Positions 1 through 8,875 are shown, numbered from the stretch's first letter. The stretch is DNA of 40,777 nucleotides from Candidatus Sabulitectum sp. (GCA_029940175.1 JAOZRM010000001.1:1-40777); one strand, 5' to 3'. The notes: generated from the sequence alone by a model not told the origin. Translations and numbers: made by a program.

Positions 1-812
1 GCGGAAACAGGGTACATACCACCGCTGATGGCTTTTCCAAGAATAAGGATATCAGGTTTCACATCTTCATAATCGCAGGCAAGAAGTTTTCCTGTTCTTG
101 CTATGCCGGTCTGCACTTCATCGGCAATGAAAAGAACATTGTTCTTTTTACAAAGCTCCTGTGCGCCCTTAAGGAAACCGTCGGATGGAACATAAACACC
201 GGCCTCGCCCTGAATTGGCTCTACAAGAAAACCGGCAACAGTTGGGTCTTCCAGTGCTTTTTCAAGGGCATCCAGATCGTTGTAAGGTATTCTGATAAAC
301 CCGGGAGTGAAGGGACCGTATTCAGCATATGCATCAGGATCATTAGAGAAGGAAACAATGGTGGTAGTTCTGCCGTGGAAGTTGTTTTCACAAACGATGA
401 TCTTTGCCTGATCGGTGGCTATCTTCTTGGTAAGATAAGCCCATTTGCGACAGAGTTTGATGGCTGTTTCAACAGCTTCTGCACCTGTGTTCATAGGTAA
501 GATCTTGTCAAAGCCGAAATACTCGGTGGCATACTTCTCGAACTCGCCCAGAACATCGTTATGAAATGCGCGGCTGGTAAGAGCAAGAGTTCCTGCCTGA
601 TCGGTCATTGCTTTCACTATCTTCGGGTGGCAATGTCCCTGGTTTACTGCAGAATATGCAGAGAGAAAATCGTAGTATTTCTTTCCCTCTACATCCCAGA
701 CATGTACGCCCTCTCCTTTTGCAAGAACAACAGGAAGGGGATGGTAATTGTGAGCCCCGTACTTGTGCTCAAGTTCGATAGCTCTGGTTGAAGTCATCTT
801 TTCCGTGCTCAT
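1..812 (-). CDS. rocD: Ornithine--oxo-acid aminotransferase (class III PLP enzyme), runs off the window start
   Basis: Not in the ORF track. Manual translation from ATG at 812 gives [63 protein letters not shown], with later [29 protein letters not shown] and GKAISGG motifs. AAGGA SD upstream. Confidence 0.95.
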   Translation of the reverse strand, partial: MSTEKMTSTRAIELEHKYGAHNYHPLPVVLAKGEGVHVWDVEGKKYYDFLSAYSAVNQGHCHPKIVKAMTDQAGTLALTSRAFHNDVLGEFEKYATEYFGFDKILPMNTGAEAVETAIKLCRKWAYLTKKIATDQAKIIVCENNFHGRTTTIVSFSNDPDAYAEYGPFTPGFIRIPYNDLDALEKALEDPTVAGFLVEPIQGEAGVYVPSDGFLKGAQELCKKNNVLFIADEVQTGIARTGKLLACDYEDVKPDILILGKAISGGMYPVS

Positions 813-842
813 GGTTTCGTCCTTCTTTTGTCGGGTTCACCG

Positions 843-938
843 TCAACACCAGGGAGGACCGCTAAAACTCCGGCGTAAGCCTGACGGGAAGTATCTTCCG
901 GTTTGCAGAAAATGCTTAAGCAGTCTGATGTAAAACAT
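843..938 (-). other. Candidate leader peptide (31-aa uORF) upstream of rocD
   Basis: ATG at 938 to TGA at 843 encodes MFYIRLLKHFLQTGRYFPSGLRRSFSGPPWC and ends 30 nt before the rocD start. No SD; a TATATT element lies about 9 nt upstream. It overlaps a CCGUCA...UGACGG-closed structure. Confidence 0.35.
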
Positions 939-984
939 GATGGCTGGAATATATACTCTTAAACCTGAAGAGCCAGAGCAGGAA

Positions 985-1812
985 TCAGTTCATTTTTCTC
1001 AGATAATAAATAAAGAAATCCACTTTCCACGCATCAAGGGTTTTTCTGTCTTCCAAAAAGAGAAATGGAGAAATATCCCTTGCTGCATGTTCCCAGTCTA
1101 TACTTTTGATTTTCAGGGAAAGCTGTCTCTTCAGCCAGTCAGGCGAAATGCTGATTCTCTTCCCTGCCCATGGGCCACTTTGATTAAACGAAGATGCAAG
1201 AAGCTCGGGCTTGGGTTTAACTCCTCTGGAGCTGAACCAGAGAAAATCAAACCAGTCTCTGCCCTTTACACAGGGTCTGCAAAGAAGGGCATGACACTTG
1301 AGAGCAAAGGATGATGATAGATCCATTACTGCTATCTCGTATGGAATTGGAAAGTCGAGATAAGCTGTTTCCACTGTTGCGCCTGGAGGAGGGTCGATAT
1401 CCACTTCCAGCCTGATTCGAAGAAAGGGGGTTCTTCCCTGAGAGAAACCCTCCATTATGGATGTTTCAACCAGAAGCAGCTTTCGAATCGAGGAAACCGT
1501 TTCTTTCGGTTCACGAATCTCAGCATGCAGACCATAGTGAGCGCATGTTCGCAATAATGACCGGGAAAAATCATCCCAGGAGAACGAATCTGCATGTACT
1601 GTCAGTGCAAAATCAAGATCCTCTGAAAATCTGGGGAGAGAATGAACCAATCTCAGTTCAGTTCCGCCATGGAAAACCGCTTTCTTGAAAAAACCGTGGT
1701 TGGAAAGCGAGTACAGAGCAATTCCCTGAACAATTTCACGGAGATCATGCTTCCTTCCCTCTTCTGATTTACTGTTGTACTCCGCTAATCTTGATTCAAT
1801 GATCGGGTTCAC
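985..1812 (-). CDS. abiEii: Type IV TA toxin, AbiEii-family nucleotidyltransferase
   Basis: FHGGTELRL and RFSEDLDF nucleotidyltransferase motifs, KCHALLCR, KGRDWFD. 4-nt overlap with the upstream antitoxin. Confidence 0.9.
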   Translation of the reverse strand: MNPIIESRLAEYNSKSEEGRKHDLREIVQGIALYSLSNHGFFKKAVFHGGTELRLVHSLPRFSEDLDFALTVHADSFSWDDFSRSLLRTCAHYGLHAEIREPKETVSSIRKLLLVETSIMEGFSQGRTPFLRIRLEVDIDPPPGATVETAYLDFPIPYEIAVMDLSSSFALKCHALLCRPCVKGRDWFDFLWFSSRGVKPKPELLASSFNQSGPWAGKRISISPDWLKRQLSLKIKSIDWEHAARDISPFLFLEDRKTLDAWKVDFFIYYLRKMN

Positions 1813-2462
1813 ATCTCACCTCTCAGAGCATAAAGGAGACTCGACAGAACCTGTCTGGTTTTTTCAGATCTGTAAACACAGGACAATTCCTTAAGAATCT
1901 GCTGGTTCAACCTGTACAGGTTTGATACATCTGTACGCAATTCTTCACACAGACCTACAATACCTTTCCACTTCAAGCCACGATCGTTGATGGTATCACA
2001 CAGCGCTCTCTCCCGGGAAGCAATAAGAATATGCGACCCGGAAAGAACAACACGATCCACGCCTTTAAGAAAATCGGCTTCGCTTATCGGAACCCGCTCA
2101 TAGACAAACTCTCCAAAAGTATTCAAATACTCCCGCCGGCGGCCACTTCCGATGCCACTTTGAATCAAAACTGGCTCCTCCTGAAGCCACCCGTAGTATC
2201 CAAGGGCTGTTTCCTGTGTGATATAGCTTTCAGGAACCATTCTGTTGGCAATACTCAATCTGCTGATCTCGTCTCTAGTGAGTGCCGGGCTGAGGATATA
2301 AAGACCCCGTTTGAGTTTGATCAAATCTCCGCTCTTTAGAGCTCTGTTCACAAGCCCCCACTGACGGGCTGAAGTTCCCCCCGCCAGCCGACTGATCGTT
2401 TCCGGTGTAATTAGTCTGTTTCTGTGTTTGCTCTTCAGTAGCAGATCAGTAAGAGTCTCCAC
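1809..2462 (-). CDS. abiEi: Type IV TA antitoxin, AbiEi-family transcriptional regulator
   Basis: LIKLKRGLY wHTH signature, SYITQETALGYYG and ASRERALCD motifs. GTG start with AAGGGG SD; directly upstream of abiEii. Confidence 0.85.
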   Translation of the reverse strand: METLTDLLLKSKHRNRLITPETISRLAGGTSARQWGLVNRALKSGDLIKLKRGLYILSPALTRDEISRLSIANRMVPESYITQETALGYYGWLQEEPVLIQSGIGSGRRREYLNTFGEFVYERVPISEADFLKGVDRVVLSGSHILIASRERALCDTINDRGLKWKGIVGLCEELRTDVSNLYRLNQQILKELSCVYRSEKTRQVLSSLLYALRGEM

Positions 2463-2486
2463 TCAAAACCCCTTCATCTGATTTGG

Positions 2487-2519
2487 AAGTATTATAACAC
2501 TTTTCGGGGTATGCTGCAA
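2487..2519 (-). promoter_or_regulatory. sigma70 promoter of the abiE operon with a palindrome over the -10
   Basis: Minus strand reads TTGCAG-17 nt-TATAAT with an extended TG. Near-palindrome AAGTGTTATAATACTT (2487-2502) is centred on the -10 and is a candidate AbiEi operator. Confidence 0.65.
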
Positions 2520-2590
2520 TCTGTCGCATGTTACTTTTGCAATATAGAAGTTTCATGCATCACTTTAGAAAACACACAACAGTTTGTCTC

Positions 2591-2836
2591 TTATCTCATC
2601 CAGTTGATCACGGATCTCTCTGTTTCTATCAGACCTCCTGAAATACCTCCACCTTTTTCGTATGCTTCAGGACAGACATTATTGTGAAAGCACTGATATC
2701 TGCAGCGCTGACATGGAGAAATTCTGTAATCGGCAATATGAATTATTCTGCTTTCCCGAAGGATATAGCTAGCGAAATCAAGGCAATTACCTTTTTGCGC
2801 ACTGAATACAAGCCCCTTTGTATCAGAATCATCCAT
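2591..2836 (-). pseudogene. Truncated iron-sulfur flavoprotein / NADPH-dependent FMN reductase-like fragment
   Basis: FSAQKGNC phosphate loop and DYRISPCQRCRYQCFHNNVCP (CxxCxxxC-x5-C) match the family N-terminus. Only 81 aa from ATG 2836; the central flavodoxin core is missing. Confidence 0.55.
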
Positions 2837-2891
2837 GATCTGTTCTTTCATCAAACTCAGATATCGCACTATAGCGTTCTCCTGAGTTGCT

Positions 2892-3110
2892 TTACCTTTC
2901 CCTTCCTTCGCGGATAATATCAACTATCTCCTGGGTAGTAATATCTGCCTTGACAGTTGGGACATTCAGAGGGGATAATGCCATAACCTCCGGAGTCAGC
3001 GCAAAAACTTGACCATCCTTACGTTTAATAAACACCTTACCAGTGGTAACAGCTAATTCCAGAATAGTAGCCAGCTTTTGCCGAGCCTCTGAATATGTAT
3101 AAACCTGCAT
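2892..3110 (-). CDS. Type II TA antitoxin, Phd/YefM family
   Basis: YTYSEARQKLATILELA...VFIKRKDG Phd signature, 72 aa, GGAGG SD within the end of the toxin gene. Confidence 0.88.
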   Translation of the reverse strand: MQVYTYSEARQKLATILELAVTTGKVFIKRKDGQVFALTPEVMALSPLNVPTVKADITTQEIVDIIREGRER

Positions 3111-3111
3111 T

Positions 3112-3504
3112 CTAAACCTCCATTATTTCAACTTTGAACTTCCCTGCGACAGCCAGCAGCCTGCGATCTAAAGTCAGTAAGGGAGCCTTGTGTCTGATGG
3201 CACAATCCAGAAAATACGCATCATAAGCGTAGATGTTTGCCTGCTTTGATATTCTCAAAACATTCTTGTGATCTGTCCTGGTATACTGAAGGGGAATACT
3301 TTCAAAAATCGCATACCCCCTCTGAGCTTCCTCAAGTGTAATTCTGTTTTTCTTAAGCATGGCTGAAAAGGCATTGCCCATTTCCCAGGGAATTGAACCA
3401 GGACCGATAAGACTGTTTCCGAAAGCTAACTTAATAATTCTATCACGCTCAGGTTCGTCAACAATAATCGCAATCAAAGCTGAAGTATCAACTACAATAT
3501 TCAT
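3112..3504 (-). CDS. vapC: Type II TA toxin, VapC/PIN-domain ribonuclease
   Basis: IVVDTSALIA, conserved E (WEMGN), YAYDAYFL and LLTLDRRL PIN acidic residues. Start moved to ATG 3504 behind a GGAGGG SD. Confidence 0.9.
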   Translation of the reverse strand: MNIVVDTSALIAIIVDEPERDRIIKLAFGNSLIGPGSIPWEMGNAFSAMLKKNRITLEEAQRGYAIFESIPLQYTRTDHKNVLRISKQANIYAYDAYFLDCAIRHKAPLLTLDRRLLAVAGKFKVEIMEV

Positions 3505-3524
3505 CCACCCTCCAGCGTCAGACA

Positions 3525-3558
3525 ATTGTACAATAGCAACCCGGTTACAGTATGTCAA
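3525..3558 (-). promoter_or_regulatory. sigma70 promoter of vapC-phd with a TGTACA-core operator
   Basis: Minus strand reads TTGACA-17 nt-TATTGT. Palindrome ATTGTACAAT (3525-3534) overlaps the -10; TGTACA cores are the known Phd/YefM operator type. Confidence 0.7.
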
Positions 3559-3598
3559 GAAGACGATTACTCTCTTACCTGTTGATATGCTGCTTAAA

Positions 3599-4126
3599 TT
3601 AGACGGATTTCTTTTTACCGGCTGATCTAATTCTTCCTGTGAAAACTAGAAGACTGATGATAAATGCGCCCATGGTGCCAGCTGTGTAACTGGCAGTATG
3701 CATCCAAAGGGCAGATATGTATGCGGCATGTCCGCTTGCGGGAACGGTAGAGGCCAGGGATCCATACAGACCCAGGGTTCCGCTGTTTGTAAGACGATAG
3801 CCAAGAATACCGGCGGTAGCGGATGCGATTCCAGAGACCAGAAAAAGCAGAAGAAGCGGTCTTACAAAAAACCTGGCGTTCCGTTTGGGCCATTTGCCAG
3901 CTCTACCCGCAATTGCAAGAAGCACCCCCATACTTAGGCCAACCCACCAGTTGGGGTGAACTCCCCAGGCTATTCCCATGAGGGTCGGTGACGTGGAGCT
4001 AATCAGTGCTCTGTGGCCGATAGTAAAGTATTCAAGACTGATACGGACGGTTATCTGATTGTGTACAATACCGTAGAGTATCGCCAGTACCATACACAGA
4101 AGAATGATCTTTGCTGTTTGTTTCAT
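3599..4126 (-). CDS. Conserved hypothetical membrane protein (about 4 TM helices)
   Basis: Hydrophobic segments plus YGIVHNQITVRISLEYFTIGH and MHTASY motifs. Start placed at ATG 4126, 7 nt after the TIGR02757 stop. Confidence 0.75.
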   Translation of the reverse strand: MKQTAKIILLCMVLAILYGIVHNQITVRISLEYFTIGHRALISSTSPTLMGIAWGVHPNWWVGLSMGVLLAIAGRAGKWPKRNARFFVRPLLLLFLVSGIASATAGILGYRLTNSGTLGLYGSLASTVPASGHAAYISALWMHTASYTAGTMGAFIISLLVFTGRIRSAGKKKSV

Positions 4127-4133
4127 TATGCCT

Positions 4134-4904
4134 TCATCTGAATAATTCTTCGAATAGCTCACACTCTGTGATCTTCTGAATTCCTGACCGGGTCAGCGCA
4201 AAATCATACTTCACCGGATCATCCGAAGATACTACTCTGAAACCCTCAGTGATCTCTTCTGCTGTTTTTGCGTCGGCAGCTTTGCGGCTGGTAAAGCCAA
4301 GCTTTATTCCGATCCTGTGCATGTGTACGTCCACAGGCACCAGAAGTTCAGATACCGGTATCATGTTCCATCCACCTGGATCAACATCATCTTCCCTGAC
4401 CATCCACCTCATGAACAAATGAAGCCTTTTGCATGCACTGCCCCGTGACGGCAGTGGAAGCAGGTGTCCGGATGAACTGCCAGGTGTTTTCATACTGGAA
4501 ACCACTTCCCCTGCAAAAACATCAAGAGCTTCAATGTAGGGTCTGCTATCCACAAGCTTTGTAAGGTAATTTCCGATCAGACCATGTTCACTCTGGATGG
4601 CAGAAATAGAGGCAAGAAATGCAGCCATATCCAAGCCGGTGGTAAACCGGTGCTTGAAGTCTTTCAGGTTGTCTGCCAGCAGTGCCGAGTCACCGTTACG
4701 GAGAAATGCAGATGGTGACGGCCCCAGCAGGCCAAGAACTTTTTCCGTACTCTTGAGGATCAGATTCACACGACCGTATGCAAGACCTGACGCAACCAGA
4801 CCCGCTATCTCTCTGTCTTCGATACTGTCGTACCGGTAAAGAAATTCAAGCGGGTCCGGATGTACGAACTTACGCCTGTTGTAGCGTAAGTATATTTTTT
4901 CCAG
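4134..4904 (-). CDS. TIGR02757 (DUF2400) family protein, probable non-canonical CTG start
   Basis: SACKRLHLFMRWMVR, VDPGGW, PVDVH and DPVKYDFAL motifs. The frame stays open upstream of GTG 4769 and encodes the family N-terminus (LEKIYLRYNRRKFVHPDPLEFLYRY...REIAGLVASGLAYGRV). Confidence 0.85.
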   Translation of the reverse strand: MEKIYLRYNRRKFVHPDPLEFLYRYDSIEDREIAGLVASGLAYGRVNLILKSTEKVLGLLGPSPSAFLRNGDSALLADNLKDFKHRFTTGLDMAAFLASISAIQSEHGLIGNYLTKLVDSRPYIEALDVFAGEVVSSMKTPGSSSGHLLPLPSRGSACKRLHLFMRWMVREDDVDPGGWNMIPVSELLVPVDVHMHRIGIKLGFTSRKAADAKTAEEITEGFRVVSSDDPVKYDFALTRSGIQKITECELFEELFR

Positions 4905-4908
4905 TAAG

Positions 4909-5619
4909 CTATTCTTCGGAGAACTGATCTTTGCCTACTCCGCAAACCGGGCAGACCCAGTTTTCAGGAATGTCTTTGAATGCTGTTCCTGCTGCTATGC
5001 CACTGTCCGGGTCTCCAACTGCAGGGTCATACACATATCCGCATACGGTGCATACATACTTTTTCATGATCTTTCCTTCCTTCTGTTCTTCTGCTGTTTT
5101 TTTTGTTTCCGCTTTGAACGAGGGTGCTGTTGGTGGAGTTTTTCCGCAGAGCACCTCTCTGTAGTAGGCATAGGTCATGGGAACTTCGTTGCCGGTAAAA
5201 GAGCAGTCTGTAAGTTCTCCTATGAAAAGAGTGTGGGTATCCACCTCAACAGAGCTTTCCACTTTCAACTCTATACAGGCAACGGTGTTCTTCTTCGGGC
5301 AGGGGCACCCGGCAGGTGTGGTAATGTAGTCTACAGTATCAAACTTATCTATTTCTCTGCCGCTCTTGAAACCGAAATGCCCAATGAACGGAAGATCAGC
5401 GCTCTGACTGAGAACACCGATGGCAAGATAACCCGAGTCTTTGATGAACTCATTGGTAAGCTCATCCCGGTTAACGGCAACTGCGATTCTGACTGGATCT
5501 GCTGTTACCTGAAAAACAGCATTGGCTATCTGGGCATTAATCCGGTTTCCGGATTTTGAACCAATGGTATACAGCCCGTAGCTCAGTGTAAAAACAGGTG
5601 TGAGATCTGTCTCTTTCAT
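4909..5619 (-). CDS. Flavin reductase-rubredoxin fusion (high-molecular-weight rubredoxin type)
   Basis: N-terminal LSYGLY...[12 protein letters not shown]...THTLFIGE...MTYAYY flavin reductase domain; C-terminal [12 protein letters not shown]...WVCPVCG rubredoxin. ATGA overlap with the fprA stop. Confidence 0.92.
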   Translation of the reverse strand: MKETDLTPVFTLSYGLYTIGSKSGNRINAQIANAVFQVTADPVRIAVAVNRDELTNEFIKDSGYLAIGVLSQSADLPFIGHFGFKSGREIDKFDTVDYITTPAGCPCPKKNTVACIELKVESSVEVDTHTLFIGELTDCSFTGNEVPMTYAYYREVLCGKTPPTAPSFKAETKKTAEEQKEGKIMKKYVCTVCGYVYDPAVGDPDSGIAAGTAFKDIPENWVCPVCGVGKDQFSEE

Positions 5620-6824
5620 TTGCCGCATTTCTCCCTTAGCTCTTTACCAACTCTAATACCCATCTCTCTGGCTTTAAGAAGATCTTCATCGCTGGGTACA
5701 TAAACAACCCTGAGGGACTCTGACGCAAGTGGTATCTTCATGTCCTCCAGATATTTTTCCACATCTTTCACCGCTTCACCACTCCACCCGTAGGAACCGA
5801 AAACGGCTCCGATCAAGTTCCTGGGCTTAAGGCCTTTTAAATATGTAAGAACATCTGCGACTCTTGGAAACATCTGACCGTTTATGGTGGGACTGCCTAC
5901 AATAAGGGCACCAGCTTCAAGAACAGCAGTAGCCACATCACTTCTGTGACTGGACTCAAGCGGCATAACTCTGGCTGATATTCCCACTGAGCCAAGACCG
6001 TCACAGATGGCGTCGGCAAGATATCCAGTACTCTTCCACATGGTGTCATAGATAACCACAGCCTTCAAGCTGCTCTTCTGTAAAGCCCAATCCTCCCATC
6101 TCTGCAGGATCCCGCCAATGTCACTTCTCCATATCGGACCGTGATCGGGACAGAGAAGCTGAATATCCAGATCCAGATCAGCCAGCTTCTTCATTAAGCC
6201 TGTAACCATTGGAGAAAAAGGAAGAAGGATATTTGCAAAGTACTTCTCTGCCTCTTCAAGAAGAACCTGAGGCGGGATCTGGTCATCGTATCTTTCAGTA
6301 GAGGCAAGATGCATTCCAAAACCATCCTGGGAGAACATCATCTTCTCGGTATCAAGATATGTAACCATGCTGTCCGGCCAGTGAAGCATTCTGGTCTCTA
6401 CAAAAGTTATTGAAGATTCTCCAAGAGAAATTGATTCACCGTTCTTCACTGCAGTAATAACATCGTCATCAAAGTAGAAGTGCCTGCCCAGCGCCTTCTT
6501 CCCCATGGAAGAGGCAAACACCTTTTCCGGTTTCACCAGATCGATCACATCAGGCAGACTTCCAGTGTGATCCATTTCAGAGTGATTACTAATTATGTAA
6601 TCTATTTTCTCAAGGGGGATCACCGATGCAATTCTTGCCAGCATCTCGTTCTTGAATTGCTTTTTTACAGTGTCGACAAGTGTGATCTTTTCATCAATTA
6701 TCAGAAAGGCATTATAGGTACTGCCCCGACTGGTGAGGTATCCGTGAAAATCACGGACACCCCAGTCGATAGCTCCGACCCAATAGACCTTATCAGATAT
6801 TTTTTCAGCTGCACACGGGCCCAT
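5616..6824 (-). CDS. fprA: Flavodiiron protein (FprA/A-type flavoprotein, O2/NO reductase)
   Basis: [33 protein letters not shown] diiron ligands; flavodoxin domain with GSPT and FGSYGWSGE. Confidence 0.95.
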   Translation of the reverse strand: MGPCAAEKISDKVYWVGAIDWGVRDFHGYLTSRGSTYNAFLIIDEKITLVDTVKKQFKNEMLARIASVIPLEKIDYIISNHSEMDHTGSLPDVIDLVKPEKVFASSMGKKALGRHFYFDDDVITAVKNGESISLGESSITFVETRMLHWPDSMVTYLDTEKMMFSQDGFGMHLASTERYDDQIPPQVLLEEAEKYFANILLPFSPMVTGLMKKLADLDLDIQLLCPDHGPIWRSDIGGILQRWEDWALQKSSLKAVVIYDTMWKSTGYLADAICDGLGSVGISARVMPLESSHRSDVATAVLEAGALIVGSPTINGQMFPRVADVLTYLKGLKPRNLIGAVFGSYGWSGEAVKDVEKYLEDMKIPLASESLRVVYVPSDEDLLKAREMGIRVGKELREKCGK

Positions 6825-6838
6825 TGCGTCTCCTTTTT

Positions 6839-7348
6839 CTAGTTAGTGGCCGGTGGGGTAAATACCCTTGAGCCAAGCTCTTTATCTATCATCAGCAGCC
6901 CGCCACCAGCGCCGCCGGCCAGTTTGAACATTCTGATCACTTCGCTGACTGAGGCTTCCTCTTCCACTTGCTCAGCCACGAACCACTGGAAGAAATTGTC
7001 TGACATGAAGTCTTTTTCTTCTCTGGCCAGACTGACAAGGTCATTTATGGAAGCAGAGATGAACCTCTCGTGGTCTAGAGCACCACTGAAAGCATTCAAA
7101 GGCGATTCCCATGAAGCAGCCGGTTTCTCTATGGCCTGCAGGAAAACCCTTCCTCCTCTTTCGTTCACGTAACCCATTAATTTCTCTGCATGAGACATCT
7201 CTTCAAGAACCTGTGTTCTCATCCAGGATGCGGCTCCTGCAAGATCTTCCGCTTCGAAATACATGGACATTGCCAGATAGAGGTAAGAGGAATAGATCTC
7301 TTTGTTGATCTGGTCATTCAAGGCATTCTGCATCTTTTCGCTGAGCAT
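6839..7348 (-). CDS. ftn: Non-heme bacterial ferritin
   Basis: LNDQINKEIYSSYLYLAMS, EEMSHA, HE, QWFVAEQVEEE ferroxidase residues. Start at ATG 7348 (MLSEKMQ). Confidence 0.95.
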   Translation of the reverse strand: MLSEKMQNALNDQINKEIYSSYLYLAMSMYFEAEDLAGAASWMRTQVLEEMSHAEKLMGYVNERGGRVFLQAIEKPAASWESPLNAFSGALDHERFISASINDLVSLAREEKDFMSDNFFQWFVAEQVEEEASVSEVIRMFKLAGGAGGGLLMIDKELGSRVFTPPATN

Positions 7349-7352
7349 GCTA

Positions 7353-7724
7353 TTACTTCCAGAGTCCGTGAACAGAGCAATACTCTCTTGCACTCACGTT
7401 CTCGGCGTCAATTGCAAAAAGTGCCTCAGCAACATCACCGGCGTTGAGATACTTCCTGTAGACTATTCCATCTGCCACAAGTTCAATCCACTGAATGAAG
7501 TGGGCATCTGCCATTGGATGAGGTACAGAGCCTACAATAACCTTGTAACCACCCTCTACCTTTTCAATAACAGGAACATGTTTTTCTGTGGAAGAATCAG
7601 CGGTCTTCTCTTCCATCAGCTCCATATCAGCATTGCAGCAGACCAGCTGTCCAGGCCCTCCGTTAAGAACCTCTACGATGTTTCCACATCTTTCGCACTT
7701 GTATACCTGCATTCTTTCAGCCAT
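7353..7724 (-). CDS. dfx: Desulfoferrodoxin (2Fe superoxide reductase)
   Basis: YKCERCGN...LVCC desulforedoxin centre; EKHVP, HPM..HFI and CSVHGLW centre II. Confidence 0.96.
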   Translation of the reverse strand: MAERMQVYKCERCGNIVEVLNGGPGQLVCCNADMELMEEKTADSSTEKHVPVIEKVEGGYKVIVGSVPHPMADAHFIQWIELVADGIVYRKYLNAGDVAEALFAIDAENVSAREYCSVHGLWK

Positions 7725-7748
7725 CGTAATTCTCCTTCTGCTATGGTG

Positions 7749-8321
7749 TTACCAGTTCTCGCTTACCAGCATGAAATGTGCCTGAGGATGATCACAGGCA
7801 GGACACTTCGCTGGTGCTTCTGTTCCAACATGTACATATCCGCAATTCTGACAGAACCAGATAACAGGTTCTTCCTTTTTGAACACACTGTGAGCCTCTA
7901 TGTTCTTAAGAAATGCGAGGAATCTCTTCTCGTGCTGCTTTTCTGCAACTGCAATACTTCTGAATATGGCGGCTATCTTGTTGAAGCCTTCTTTTGTTGC
8001 AGTTTCAGCGAACTCGGGATACATCTCTGTATATTCATAATTCTCTCCACCTGCAGAATCCCTGAGGTTCTCGGCTGTTGTACCGATAACTCCTGCAGGG
8101 AAACCGGCTGTGATCTCCAGTTCACCACCTTCGAGAAGCTTGAAAAGTCTTTTTGCATGTTCTTTTTCCTGATTTGCGGTTTCAGTGAAAACGTTGGAGA
8201 TCTGGACAAATCCCTCTTTTTTTGCCTGGGAAGCGAAATAGGTATAACGGTTCCTTGCCTGTGACTCTCCTGCAAACGCCTTGAGAATGTTTATCTCTGT
8301 CTGTGTACCCTTGATACTCAT
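7749..8321 (-). CDS. rbr: Rubrerythrin
   Basis: AFAGESQARNRY, QEKEHAK, GENYE, AEKQHE diiron motifs; C-terminal CQNCG...CPACDHP. ATGA overlap with the perR stop. Confidence 0.96.
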   Translation of the reverse strand: MSIKGTQTEINILKAFAGESQARNRYTYFASQAKKEGFVQISNVFTETANQEKEHAKRLFKLLEGGELEITAGFPAGVIGTTAENLRDSAGGENYEYTEMYPEFAETATKEGFNKIAAIFRSIAVAEKQHEKRFLAFLKNIEAHSVFKKEEPVIWFCQNCGYVHVGTEAPAKCPACDHPQAHFMLVSENW

Positions 8322-8743
8322 CTTTGTTCTCCTTTCGAATCTGTTTTTTCTCTGCAATTATTACACGTGCCTGTAAATGTGACACAAACACCATCAACGG
8401 TGAAACCCGATGCTTCTGAAGGAAGTATCCCGCTAAAGTCAACTGCGGGAACGTCCAGGTCCCGAACCTTTCCACAGTTTCGACACTGGACATGACAGTG
8501 ATTTTCTATGTTATCGTCGTAGTGGGCTTCAGAACCTGAGCTGGTAATGGTGATCAGATCCCCGTCATCCACAAGGATTCCAAGATTGCGATATACCGTA
8601 CTGAAGCTGATGCTCATGATTTCTTCTTTTGCCTTAAAAAAGATTTCTTGAGCAGTGGGGTGGTTGGCCAATTTTCTTGCAGCATTGAAAACCGCTGTTT
8701 TCTGCTTTGACCCTCTTCTTGGCTTTTTCATATTCACAGTCAT
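8318..8743 (-). CDS. perR: Fur-family repressor, PerR-like
   Basis: HPTA, STVYRNL, YDD, HCH, CRNC/CNNC Zn sites and Asp in GKVRDL as in PerR. Heads a peroxide/superoxide defence operon. Confidence 0.82.
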   Translation of the reverse strand: MTVNMKKPRRGSKQKTAVFNAARKLANHPTAQEIFFKAKEEIMSISFSTVYRNLGILVDDGDLITITSSGSEAHYDDNIENHCHVQCRNCGKVRDLDVPAVDFSGILPSEASGFTVDGVCVTFTGTCNNCREKTDSKGEQR

Positions 8744-8767
8744 ATCATACTCAACCCTCTCTACTCG

Positions 8768-8812
8768 TAATCGGAACTATTCTGATTATAAACGTAATTT
8801 TTACAATGTCAA
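8768..8812 (-). promoter_or_regulatory. Consensus sigma70 promoter with an overlapping Fur/PerR-type operator
   Basis: Minus strand reads TTGACA (8807-8812)-16 nt-TATAAT (8785-8790). A 21-bp imperfect palindrome TAATCAGAA-TAG-TTCCGATTA (8768-8788) covers the -10 and start site. Confidence 0.8.
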
Positions 8813-8875
8813 GCTCTACAACATAGTTGTCATTCATTATGTATCCCGCATATAATTGTTGTAGAGGGAGGAAGC

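Noticed and set aside
840..887. CCGTCAG...TGACGGT shared between the rocD leader and the metK leader as one RNA family
   Set aside because: Only short arms match and the interiors differ. The rocD leader lacks the SAM-II core and a U-tract, so this is treated as coincidence.
7302..8264. 320-aa plus-strand ORF
   Set aside because: Antisense shadow of rbr, dfx and ftn. It is Cys/Phe/Ser-rich with no motif or SD.
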